Below, in pieces: positions 26,221 to 36,000 of a DNA stretch of 64,000 nucleotides. Origin of the DNA: an uncultured Anaerolineales bacterium (GTDB lineage Bacteria; Chloroflexota; Anaerolineae; CG2-30-64-16); contig CAZKEF010000017.1 of NCBI GenBank assembly GCA_964551735.1, forward strand, positions 31,007 to 95,006, written 5' to 3'. Made by a program: the position numbers and the translations under genes. Each line of letters opens with the position of its first letter. Within the stretch, counting starts at the first letter, position 1. Under the pieces are notes generated by a model. It saw only the letters and a list, made by a program, of their open reading frames with translations, was not told where the DNA came from and made no database searches.

Positions 26221-28648
26221 CCTTCTCCTGTTTCGCGCAAGGCAGCTTCACCACGAAGGCAGTCCCGATGAACATCAGGCTTGCTGCCAGGCTCAGGCTC
26301 CCGCCCGTCATCTCGACCAGGTTCCGGCTAATATAAAGACCCAGACCGGCGCCATCGGGGCGTGTGGTGTATCCCATTTCGAATACCCGTTCGTGAAGTT
26401 GTCCGTGAATTCCGGGGCCACTGTCCATCACGGCAATTTCCAGGGGACGTCCTGTGAAACCCTCGATACGTCGTGTTTGAACTATGACCTGCCGAACACG
26501 CGCCAAATCAGCCTGTTCGCCCTGTTCTGCATGGAGTTGTCCAAAGAACTGCATCTTCAATTCGATCTGTTGGATGGAGTTAAGTATCAAATTGGTCAGT
26601 ATTTGCTCAAGTTGCGGCCGGATGGCCAATGCCTTTGGGAGTCCAGCGGAAAGATCTGTGGCAAACATGATTCCTGCAGCGCGCGCCCTGTGTTCCAATT
26701 GACGCAGCACGCCGGTAACCGCTTCATTGACATTCACCAGATCGAGCTCGTGTCGAGCCAGGCGTGTATAACCCTTCACCAAATCCGAAAGACTTCCTTG
26801 CTGTTGTGCAAGCCTATGAACTGAGTCTGCGATCTTTTGTCCCCGTGCCTGATCTGGAGCGGCCTGTGCCTTGTCGCAATATCCCTGTAAGAGCTTTGTC
26901 TCCCAGTTGAGGCCATCGAGCTTGTGGTTCAATTCATGCACCAGGTTCGCCAAGAGTTCACCTCGAGAACAGTGTTCCTGATAACCGCGCATGTGATCGA
27001 GGAGTATCGCGTTCTCAATTGTAGTTGCAAGAAGCCCTGCCCCCAATCGTGCCCGATCGACCTGTTCACGCCCCTCCCTGCTTTTTGTGGAGAAGCCCAG
27101 GATGCGTTCGTCAAAGAGAAAGAGGGCGTGTCGAGTCAGCCGTCCAGGAATCAGGAGCGGCAACCCAAAACAGGAGCGATAACGCAAGTCTGGAAACAGA
27201 TTGCGAAGGCGTGCTTCCTCATAACGAAGCGCCTCAGTGAACCGAAATTCCTGTTCTTCCTCGATCACATTACGTGCCGGACTGTGATATAGGGTGCCCA
27301 CTGCCCTTTCCGCTATCCCCGGAGGTACTGGCGGATCCGCGGCCAGAATCGAAACGATCTTGCTGGCTGTATCCAACTCCAACACCATCGCCTGGCTGAT
27401 CTGGATGGTCTCCCGTAATGTCATCAACGCGTCCAACAAACGCTCATGCAGCGACCGTTTCGCCAGGGATTTAAGGCCAACTCGTTCCAAGAACCCAGAT
27501 TGACTGCCACCAGGCGACGAGCGCGATGCTATGACTCTGGTCCAATAACCCGTACATAACCTGTGCACCCAATCAACGATTTCTTCGTCGGTCTTATCTA
27601 TCAAAGGATCCGTGGGCTTTTCGATCTCCGCAACAACAGGCAACTCAGACCCGTTGATGATGACCGGTGCTTCTGCTCTGTTGAGTTCCGGGTCGTGCGA
27701 TGGCGGGGCGAAATCCAAATCCAGCTTTTCGACGCGCATCCTGCTGACAAACAGCACTGGTAGACCAGGCCTGGCAGTACGCAGCCGAGTGGCCACAGCC
27801 GGTCCAAGCTCACCATCCAAATACACATCAACGATAGCTAATCCGTAGGAATGGCCCCCTCTAACTAGCTCTAGGGCCTGATCCCCGGAACTCAAACCAT
27901 CGACCTCAACGCCGAACTCTCTCTTCAGGGCCTCACAGATACGTTCTCGATCCTGCACATCATCATCCACCACCAAGAAACGATGAGGCCGTGGAATAGG
28001 AGGCAAAAACCGATACGTTTCGGTTAGCCCTTCTTGGTCAGATGAACCGTCCTGATGAGGCAAAGAGGTTGGCTGGGGTTCGGGAGTACGGAGCAAATCT
28101 GCCAGCGCGTGACTCTGCTCCTGAACGCTGGCGAGGCGCCTAAGCTCACCCCACAGGCTGAGGTCAATTTGCCTCAGCGTGGGACTCATCTTCGTTACGA
28201 GGCCGCGCACCCGGTCCCCGATCCAGAGCAGATCCTCCACCCCCAAATCGCGCAAGATGGGGAGATCATCTCGCCAAACTACCGCATCAATCCCCGGTTC
28301 CAACTGGACAAAAGCGCGATCATGTTGGACGTTTACCACCTCGCCTTCAACGCTTTGACCAATTCGATAGCGATACCTCACACCAACATCGTCCCAAGGG
28401 TCAGCGGCCTGGCGCAGGCTCAGAAACACCAACCCACGCTGCGGATCATCTTCCAAGACAATTGCATCGAATTCCGAGCCTACCTGGGGCATTGTTGGCA
28501 TAACGCCGATGCGCCGATCCCACGACAATTCTTTCCGCCGGATGAAACCGGCGCGATTGCTCTTGAGAATCTTGACCCAGACACCCGTGTCTCGGATTTG
28601 GGCAACAGCAACTCGCACGCGAGTTGATGGTAACATAAATGACGCCAT
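26198..28648 (-). CDS. hybrid sensor histidine kinase: two N-terminal S1-like RNA-binding domains + REC + GAF + HisKA + HATPase_c
   Basis: S1-like OB folds: VRVAVAQIRDTGVWVKILKSNRAGFIRRKELSW... and IGQSVEGEVVNVQHDRAFVQLEPGIDAVVWRDDL...IGDRVRGLVTKM; REC (FLVVDDDV...LAIVDVYL); H-box HELNHKL; ATP lid VMDSGPGI...GLGLYISRNLVEMTGGSL. Confidence 0.6.
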   Translation of the reverse strand: MASFMLPSTRVRVAVAQIRDTGVWVKILKSNRAGFIRRKELSWDRRIGVMPTMPQVGSEFDAIVLEDDPQRGLVFLSLRQAADPWDDVGVRYRYRIGQSVEGEVVNVQHDRAFVQLEPGIDAVVWRDDLPILRDLGVEDLLWIGDRVRGLVTKMSPTLRQIDLSLWGELRRLASVQEQSHALADLLRTPEPQPTSLPHQDGSSDQEGLTETYRFLPPIPRPHRFLVVDDDVQDRERICEALKREFGVEVDGLSSGDQALELVRGGHSYGLAIVDVYLDGELGPAVATRLRTARPGLPVLFVSRMRVEKLDLDFAPPSHDPELNRAEAPVIINGSELPVVAEIEKPTDPLIDKTDEEIVDWVHRLCTGYWTRVIASRSSPGGSQSGFLERVGLKSLAKRSLHERLLDALMTLRETIQISQAMVLELDTASKIVSILAADPPVPPGIAERAVGTLYHSPARNVIEEEQEFRFTEALRYEEARLRNLFPDLRYRSCFGLPLLIPGRLTRHALFLFDERILGFSTKSREGREQVDRARLGAGLLATTIENAILLDHMRGYQEHCSRGELLANLVHELNHKLDGLNWETKLLQGYCDKAQAAPDQARGQKIADSVHRLAQQQGSLSDLVKGYTRLARHELDLVNVNEAVTGVLRQLEHRARAAGIMFATDLSAGLPKALAIRPQLEQILTNLILNSIQQIELKMQFFGQLHAEQGEQADLARVRQVIVQTRRIEGFTGRPLEIAVMDSGPGIHGQLHERVFEMGYTTRPDGAGLGLYISRNLVEMTGGSLSLAASLMFIGTAFVVKLPCAKQEKDEHHEQD

Positions 28649-28819
28649 TAATACAGGACCTCTTAAGTCATTTGAATCCCCATGCGGTGGAGAACCACTC
28701 GAAACGCCGAGAAAAAATCTCAGGTCAGAACCCGAATTTCAGAAGTTGCATAAACAGAACACATGTGCTAACCTTGGCTCTAGATCCATCCTGCCACGCC
28801 CGACACTTGGAGGTACAAA

Positions 28820-29062
28820 ATGGCACTAGACATGTGGTTCAAGGAAGATATCAGAAACGTACTCCTATCACTCAACCTGGTTTCAGCAGCCACAAGTCGG
28901 TGGGTTCAAGACGCACGCTTGGATGCCTATCGTCACGGTTATGAAGAGGCGATCGCTGCGGTGGCGCTGGCTTTTGGCCTACCGCCACGTTCGGTGCTCG
29001 GAAAAGATAGAGAGCAAGGCAGCGAATACGACGTGTCTTGGGACCTCAAACTACTGCCCTGA
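28820..29062 (+). CDS. small hypothetical protein (80 aa), divergent from island operon
   Basis: Good RBS GGAGG 7 nt upstream of ATG; no recognisable motif. Confidence 0.3.
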   Translation: MALDMWFKEDIRNVLLSLNLVSAATSRWVQDARLDAYRHGYEEAIAAVALAFGLPPRSVLGKDREQGSEYDVSWDLKLLP

Positions 29063-29077
29063 CATGTGGCTTGCCAG

Positions 29078-29914
29078 TCAGGGAGCGGTCTCAGGTATCA
29101 CGCCGCTGTCAAAGCGCAGGCTGTTCATGACTGTTAGCAGGCTCGGCCACAGTTGATCCCATGCGGCGCTATCGCACATCGCTTCAATAGCGTAAAGACG
29201 CCCTTCATAGCCAACCACTGCTTGATACCACCGCATTTCTTTCTGGCTTAGGCTATCCCTACCCTGTATGTAACGTTCGAGGCAAGCCAGCTTTTCCTTT
29301 CCAACAGTACATGCTTTTGGAAGCCCGACGTCAGCGCCGGAATGAAGACCACTCAGGATGACTTCTTTTCGCTGATCGAGTTGTTTCAGCAACGCTTCGG
29401 CATCAACAGCCGATACTGTATTCAAATAGCAAATGCGATACTGCGCGCGGCTCCACTGCACATCTTCTTGGTCATTGGCAATGTTCGAGAAGACCGTGCC
29501 CCGACAGTCACTGGCTCTTTCCTCCACTTGAAAGGACTGGGCAAGCTGGTCTCTGCCAATGCTGAAGTAATAGAGCTTGTTGACATACGACTGGTTCGCG
29601 ACCTCTGGTGTAGGCGTCTTCAGGGCTGTTGTCACAGGGGTGTTCTCTACAGGCAGTCTGTCCTGGCAACCCCAGGCTGTCAATAAGAGAATACCAAGGG
29701 CCACCACCGTAAGCAAGGCCATGATGAGCGAGGGACTCGACAGACGATCGAGGTTCTTGCCCGACGCCAGGGCTAACTGTCTTAGGTATTCTTTTCTTGA
29801 GGTAGTCACGGTTTCCTCCTTACGACGAATACTCGGCTGCTGCACTAGGTGACATATGGTTGCTGGGGACGCCGTTACGAGGTCGTAATCATGTTTTGCC
29901 TTGGCGGGCCTCAA
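29078..29914 (-). CDS. hypothetical exported protein / putative lipoprotein (alternative start about 29722 giving signal peptide MALLTVVALGILLLTAWGC)
   Basis: Single hydrophobic segment followed by Cys, then a Cys-containing soluble domain with no recognised motifs. Confidence 0.4.
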   Translation of the reverse strand: MRPAKAKHDYDLVTASPATICHLVQQPSIRRKEETVTTSRKEYLRQLALASGKNLDRLSSPSLIMALLTVVALGILLLTAWGCQDRLPVENTPVTTALKTPTPEVANQSYVNKLYYFSIGRDQLAQSFQVEERASDCRGTVFSNIANDQEDVQWSRAQYRICYLNTVSAVDAEALLKQLDQRKEVILSGLHSGADVGLPKACTVGKEKLACLERYIQGRDSLSQKEMRWYQAVVGYEGRLYAIEAMCDSAAWDQLWPSLLTVMNSLRFDSGVIPETAP

Positions 29915-31235
29915 CTATTCTGACCTCGATCACATTTATGCCCCATTGCTGAGAACGCCGATCAAGGTTCGTTTGTAGTTCCTGACAGACCGTACTGACT
30001 TTTGTCGTTTTATCACAGAAGAGATTCTTGAACTCATAGCTCGGTAGTACGTCATATAGTGCCATCGAAATGTCTTCTTTGAGCCGCTTTTCCCATGCAC
30101 GCTTCAATTCGGGAGGCTCAAGAGGGTTGTCCCCTTTCTTATCATGTTCTCTGGACTTCGGAGCCATTATCTCTTGTGCCATGCTAACCGCTTTTCTTAT
30201 GGCCTCTGCCATCAGTTCCTTATCAGTGGTTTCTTGGATTCCGTAGGAGAACGATACTTGGATTTCTACATAAGTACTTGGTCCAGTTGCAACCTTCTGC
30301 TTTTGTGATTGGGTGTAATGATAGCAACTTGGAACAAAAGCCGCGATTTTATCAAATGGACGGCGAGCAAATGGAGTACGACTGAACGAAGGCAGGAGGT
30401 CTCCCCTTCTTTGTAAGACAGTGTAACAGCCAGGACGCACCGGCACTCGAAGCAGCCTATCGAAAACTAGATATAGAACCCATGTGGAAAAACCTAGAGT
30501 AAGTATCATTACCAATCGATCGATGCTCAAACCCATAAGGCTTACAACGACTAGTCCAAAGAGGATAAGTGTAAGGAACAGACTTCCAACGCGAACAACC
30601 CAGGGCAATGTAAGCCCAGCTTTTGGAACTTGCGTGGAAGTACCGTTTGCATTTGATCCATCCGTAGCGGAAGTTACCCCTGGCGCTGATATATCTTCAG
30701 TTGACCCAGGTTTGTCTGAAGATGGTGTCTCTGCCGGCATCTGTTCGATCTCCAAATTATGCCTGATTAGCTTGTCAGATAGTATCTGCCCCCGAAATCC
30801 TGCGCACAATTCCTGCGCGACATCACCTACCTTGGCCTCCTGTCTCTGCCATGCATAAATCAGCCCACAGGCGTAGAGTGCCACATTAGAGTTATAGCCA
30901 TCGAAACCAGTTGAAAATGCCTCCTTTGCGTCAAGATAGTGAAGTAAAGCACCTGCGAAATCTCCCATGGCATGGTGACAAATGGCAAGATACATGGTAA
31001 TGAGACCGCGCGCAGACTGGCTTGCCCCATTAAATCCTTGGTAACCGTACGTACGCTGCAACGCCTTAATAAGCAACTCCTGTGCCGTGAGGTAATCCCC
31101 TTCTTCGATTTTTTCCTTGCCTTCCTTAAGATACTGTGCCAACATTCCATATCCAGATAGGGAAACGACGGATAACAGGCTCAAGATATCCTGCACATCG
31201 GTTTTGTATGCTAGTATCCTCTCGTTTGTCACCAT
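29889..31235 (-). CDS. TPR-like N-domain, two TM helices, C-terminal SPFH/band-7 domain protein
   Basis: C-terminal ...WGINVIEVRIVEA resembles SPFH terminal GIEV..V.I motif; middle hydrophobic stretch LFLTLILFGLVVVSLMGL. Confidence 0.45.
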   Translation of the reverse strand: MVTNERILAYKTDVQDILSLLSVVSLSGYGMLAQYLKEGKEKIEEGDYLTAQELLIKALQRTYGYQGFNGASQSARGLITMYLAICHHAMGDFAGALLHYLDAKEAFSTGFDGYNSNVALYACGLIYAWQRQEAKVGDVAQELCAGFRGQILSDKLIRHNLEIEQMPAETPSSDKPGSTEDISAPGVTSATDGSNANGTSTQVPKAGLTLPWVVRVGSLFLTLILFGLVVVSLMGLSIDRLVMILTLGFSTWVLYLVFDRLLRVPVRPGCYTVLQRRGDLLPSFSRTPFARRPFDKIAAFVPSCYHYTQSQKQKVATGPSTYVEIQVSFSYGIQETTDKELMAEAIRKAVSMAQEIMAPKSREHDKKGDNPLEPPELKRAWEKRLKEDISMALYDVLPSYEFKNLFCDKTTKVSTVCQELQTNLDRRSQQWGINVIEVRIVEARQGKT

Positions 31236-31289
31236 GAAGCAACCTCATCTCGCTAAGTCATCACGCAAAAGATAAGACCCACACAAGGC

Positions 31290-32711
31290 CTAACTGATGG
31301 CATTGCCCACGATTGACTCTTTTGTCTTCTGGATTAGGGCAAGAGAATCGTTCGGCAACAAAATCTTGGTTGCCGGATCACTAGCCATCTTCTCCAATGT
31401 CTCCAAGAAGCGGAGCGACAATAAATACGCAGCAGTATCTCGGCCAGACAAATTCAAAGTTCTGAAGGTAGCTGCCATTTGCTCAACAAGCTGTTTCTGG
31501 GCCTGTGCCCAAGCAACCTCTTTGAGCTTGAGAATCACAGCTTCAGCCTCACCTTTACGGATCATTGCTTCGCGCTGATTCTGAGCTACGCGCACATTCC
31601 ATTCAGCCAGCCAAGTTTCCAGAAGACGATCTTCAGACTCCTTAGGGATTTTGATGCGATTGATATCTACGGAACCGACAACCACCCCCATGAGTTGTTT
31701 AGTAACCTTGTTCATCTCATCAGCCAATATCTTTTTTAGATTAGTCCGAAACGCATCCGAGACAGGAATTATCTCGTCCAGGTCATAGCGCCCTATGACA
31801 TCGCGCGTTGATGTCTCGGCAACTGAGCGAACACCGCCACGCCAATCCGCGCCACTTGGACTCCAGATATTCTTTCGAATAACATCTTCGTTGTATAAAA
31901 ACTGGCCGTCTTCAATGCACTCATCCTTTGGCTCAGAATCAACCTTATGAAAGACCAAGATCTCGAACTCGTCAATCAGGATCTTGTCTTTAGTAGCCAC
32001 CTTTTCTACAATCAGTTTTTCAGTTCGCGTATACAACGGCACCACCATACTGATCCGCTCAAACGGCCTCAGCATCGTGATCCCCCGTCCCACCACACGC
32101 GAGAGCCTGCCGCTGACCTCTAGAATGACCGCATGCCCTTCCTGAACGAGCAAGATCCCCGGCCCGCCAAACCGCGCCAGGCTGCTCCCGCTCTCCCCGC
32201 GCACCTCGGCCTGGCCGTTGCTCACGATCCACGTGCCGCGGTTGATGCCCAGCAGGATGCTGACGGCGCTCATCGCGGCTTCCCACTCGTGTCCTTTGTA
32301 GTTTTCGTACTGGCTGTACAACCCCGGGCCGGCCACGAGACCGTAGGGCAGCAGCAGTACGACAGCAACCAGAACCGCGACCAAGATCCCGCCGATCAAC
32401 GACCAAAACAGGATCAGGCTGGGGCTACCGAACAGGAACCCAAGCACTGTGTTGGCCCCGGCTTCACCTTGGGGTGCCAGCCCGGCAAGCAACGTGCCGA
32501 TAACCCAACGCATGAGGAGCGCAAAGGTCAGGAACACGGCCAGTAAGAAGATGAATCGCGGTGTCACCTGGACGCGTCGCGAAAGGAACGGCAGCTTGAA
32601 TGAGAACGCGACCAGGTACAGCACCACGAACAAGATCGCGCCCATCCAGCCCAGCTTGACGGCCAGGAAAGCGAAGGCGAGGGTGAGGACTATCTCGATC
32701 AGCGTGCGCAT
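31290..32711 (-). CDS. polytopic membrane protein with SPFH/band-7 (flotillin/HflK-like) domain and C-terminal coiled coil
   Basis: About 4 N-terminal TM helices; SPFH-like block GPGILLVQEGHAVILEVSGRLSRVVGRGITML...; Ala/Glu/Lys-rich C-terminal helix. Confidence 0.45.
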   Translation of the reverse strand: MRTLIEIVLTLAFAFLAVKLGWMGAILFVVLYLVAFSFKLPFLSRRVQVTPRFIFLLAVFLTFALLMRWVIGTLLAGLAPQGEAGANTVLGFLFGSPSLILFWSLIGGILVAVLVAVVLLLPYGLVAGPGLYSQYENYKGHEWEAAMSAVSILLGINRGTWIVSNGQAEVRGESGSSLARFGGPGILLVQEGHAVILEVSGRLSRVVGRGITMLRPFERISMVVPLYTRTEKLIVEKVATKDKILIDEFEILVFHKVDSEPKDECIEDGQFLYNEDVIRKNIWSPSGADWRGGVRSVAETSTRDVIGRYDLDEIIPVSDAFRTNLKKILADEMNKVTKQLMGVVVGSVDINRIKIPKESEDRLLETWLAEWNVRVAQNQREAMIRKGEAEAVILKLKEVAWAQAQKQLVEQMAATFRTLNLSGRDTAAYLLSLRFLETLEKMASDPATKILLPNDSLALIQKTKESIVGNAIS

Positions 32712-32811
32712 CGCCGCCCTTTCCGAGATGAGATGGCCGGGATCGGCCGCGAGGACTACCGGGGCGCACGGAAACGGCAGGGGCTTGCTTGGTCACAGGC
32801 TATCCCGGCCC

Positions 32812-32857
32812 GCAATAAGAAACGCGGCTACAGGAACCGGAGTTTACTGTAGCCGCG
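32812..32857 (-). terminator. rho-independent terminator downstream of LTD-protein gene (minus strand)
   Basis: Hairpin cgcggctacag-N13-ctgtagccgcg followed on minus strand by TTTCTTATT. Confidence 0.5.
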
Positions 32858-33071
32858 CGCAAGCCGCGATGCGATCAACGATCAGGTGATAGGATAAGCA
32901 CAACGATAACGGATGCTCCATAGATAGCCTTCCGTTTCCTGTGAGCGCCCAAAGCAATAGAACATGTGTTCTTGTATCTACAATTACATATCATATCACA
33001 AGGTTTTTCGGTATGCAAAAAACTCCAAACGCCATGTATCTTTCCCTCCGGAGTTGTCGCGCGGCGCGAAG

Positions 33072-36000
33072 TCAAAAAGGGGACCCCGTCACCGGCAGCC
33101 ACGCAGGCGGCGGGCTGACGTCGGCCCGGAAGCGCGGGAGCAACCGGTAGCCGCCGACCCACGGCGGGCCATCGAACGCGTACTGCCCCACCACCCCCTG
33201 CGCAACCCAGAATTCACCGAGGTTGACATACGGCCGCCGCCAGGGCAGGTCGCCGGGGAAGTAGATGCGCGCGGGGCCGCTGCCATCGTCCAACACCAGC
33301 GCCTGGCGCTCGAACTTCGTAACGCGGCCGACGATCAGCACGAGTTGGCCCTGGTGCGCCTCGCCCATGTCGCCGGTGGCGATGCGGGCAGCGATCGGGA
33401 GTTGGCCGGCGCCCAGGCGGGTCAGGTAGCCGGGGTTGGGGACCGAAAGCTCGGCCTCGCCGCGGAAGTCGCGCGTCCAGCCGGTGGCCTGCACCACGTC
33501 ACCCACTGCCAGGGCCGGGTAATCGCCGCTCCGTAGGTAGACCTTGATGCCGCCGGTCGCATCCTGGAGGTAGATGGTGCGCGGGATCAGGCCGGGCGGG
33601 TAGACCACCGCGCCGGTCACCGTGACGCGCGTGTCGTCCGGCGCGGCCAGGGCCGCGGCAATGGCGGCAGCACCGGACATGGGCGGTGCGCCGCCGCCTG
33701 CGCCTGGCACAGGGGTTGGCCGCAGACGGTTGGGCTGCCCCACGGTCACGTCGCACTCCGTGGTCCAATAGCCGCCGCCGTCCACGCTGCGGCAGAAGCT
33801 GCGATCCTCGCCCGGGCCATTGGTGTACGCGAACTCGTCGGCGGTGACCCCGTCGGGCCGGCGCAGGATGACGTGGTCACGCCGGTCGCCCAGGGACAGG
33901 CCGGTGGCGCGGCGGAAGAGGAGCAGGAAGCTGCGCGGCCAGATCACGGTGCCCTGGGGGATGGTGTACGTCTTGGTGTCGTCCAGCACGGCCCACCCGC
34001 CCAGGTTGGCCGGCGCCGTGCCCGCGTGGTACAGCTCAATCCACTCGTCGTTGAAGCTGGCCTGGCCGTTGCCATCCCAGTCTCCGGCGACCGGGTCCGG
34101 CAGAATCTCGTTCAGCGTGATGCCGGCCGGGATGGGCGTGGCCGTGGCCGTCGCGGTGGGCGTGGGGGTTGGGGTGGGCGCGATGTTCGGGCCTCCCGGC
34201 GACGGCGCGTAGGTGTCGGTCCACGCGCCGGCGCCGTCCACCGTCCGGCTGTACGAGCGGTCGGGCTGCGTCTTGCTGTAGGCGAACGCATCCACCTCGA
34301 CGACATCCGGGCCCAGCAGGCGCACCGTGTCGCTGGTGTTGTTCAGTACGAGGCCGCTTTGTGCCTGAAACACCAGCAGGAACGCGCCCGGCGCCAGGGT
34401 CACGCCTGCCGGGAAGACGTAGGGGGTGCTGCCGCCGTCGGCGCTGTCGTCCAGCAGCCAGCCGGCCAGGTCTACCGCCGCCGCGCTCCGATTGTAGACC
34501 TCGATCCATTCGTCGCCAGCATCGGCTGTGCCATCCCCGTTCCAGTCCACCGCGCTGGGGGCGGGCAGGAACTCGTTCAGCCGGAGCGCATCGGGGTCGT
34601 AGATGACCGGCGTCGCGGTGGGCGTCGGCGTCGGCGCCAGGTTGGGGCCGCCCGGCGACGGTGGGTAGCTGTCCGTCCACGCGCCCGTCCCATCCACGGC
34701 CCGGCTGTAGCTGCCGTCAGGCCGCGTGGTGGTGTAGGAGAAGTCATCCACCTCCGCCCCGTCCGGGCCGAGCAGGCGGACGGTATCGGTGTCGTTGTTC
34801 AGCGCCAGGCCGCTCTGAGTGCGGTAGATGACCAGGAAGCCGCCGGGAGCCAGGGATGCGCTGGCCGGGAAGACAAACGGCTTGCTGCCGCCGTCGGCGA
34901 TATCGTCCAGCGCCCAGCCGGCCAGGTTGACCGGGGTCAGGCCCAGGTTGTACAGCTCGATCCACTCATCGGCCGCGTCCGCCGTGCCGTCGCCGTCCCA
35001 GTCCACCGCGCCTGGCGCGGGCAGGAACTCGTTGAGGCGGATCGCGTCAGGGTCGTAGATGACCGGTGTCGCGGTAGGCGTCGGGGTCGGCGGGACGGTC
35101 CAGGTGGGCGTCGTGGTGGGTGTGCGCGTCGACGTCGCGGTGCGAGTCGCGGTGGGCGTGCGCGTCAGCGTCGGGGTGCGGGTCGCGGTGGGCGTGCGCG
35201 TCAGCGTCGGGGTGTAAGTCAGTGTCGGCGTGAATGTGGGTGTCGGCGCGGGAGCGATGTTTGGGCCGCCCGGTGACGGCGGGTAGGCGTCAGTCCATAC
35301 GCCGGCGCCATCCACGGTCCGGCTGTAGCTGGTGTCCCGCTTGGGGCCGCTGTACGCGAAGGTGTCCACCGCGCTGCCGTCCGGGGCCAAAAGCCGCGCG
35401 GTGTCCGCGTCCTGGTTCAGCGCGACCTTGGTCTGCGAGCGGTAGAAGACCCGGAAGCCGCCCGGCGCCAGCCAGGTGTCCGCGGGAAAGACGTAGGGCT
35501 TGCTGCCGCCTTCGATGTCATCCAGCGCCCAGCCGCCCAGGTCCATCGCTTCGGCGCCCAGGTTATAGATCTCGATCCACTCATCTTCCGCATCCAGGGT
35601 CCCGTTCCCGTCCCAGTCCACGTCATAGGGGTAGGGCAAGACCTCGTTGAGGCGCACAGCGGACAGCGGGGTGGGTGGGGCCGTCGCTGCGGGTGTGCCG
35701 GTCGGCGTGGGGGTGCCCGTCACCGGCAGGACAGTCGGCGTGTGCGACAGCGTAGCCGTCGGCAAGCCGGTGGGCGTGGCGGTGTCGGTGGCCGCGGGTG
35801 TGCCGGATGGCGTGGCCGTGCCGGTCGCGGTGGGGATCGGGGTCAGGCTCGCGGTCGCCGTCGGCGTGACGGTGGGCGTGCCGGGGTGGGGAGCTGTGGG
35901 TGTATGGGTGTGTGTGGATGTCGGTGTTGGGGTCAACATTGTGCCCGGCGCGCCCGGGTTGGGTATCGCCTGCGCCAGCCAATCGTCGCGCGTGTCGGTG

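Noticed and set aside
32880-33071. AT-rich stretch at the island's right edge, checked for tRNA/tmRNA or an integrase attachment site.
   Set aside because: No cloverleaf-compatible sequence was found, no copy of the 52-nt direct repeat, and no integrase gene in the window.
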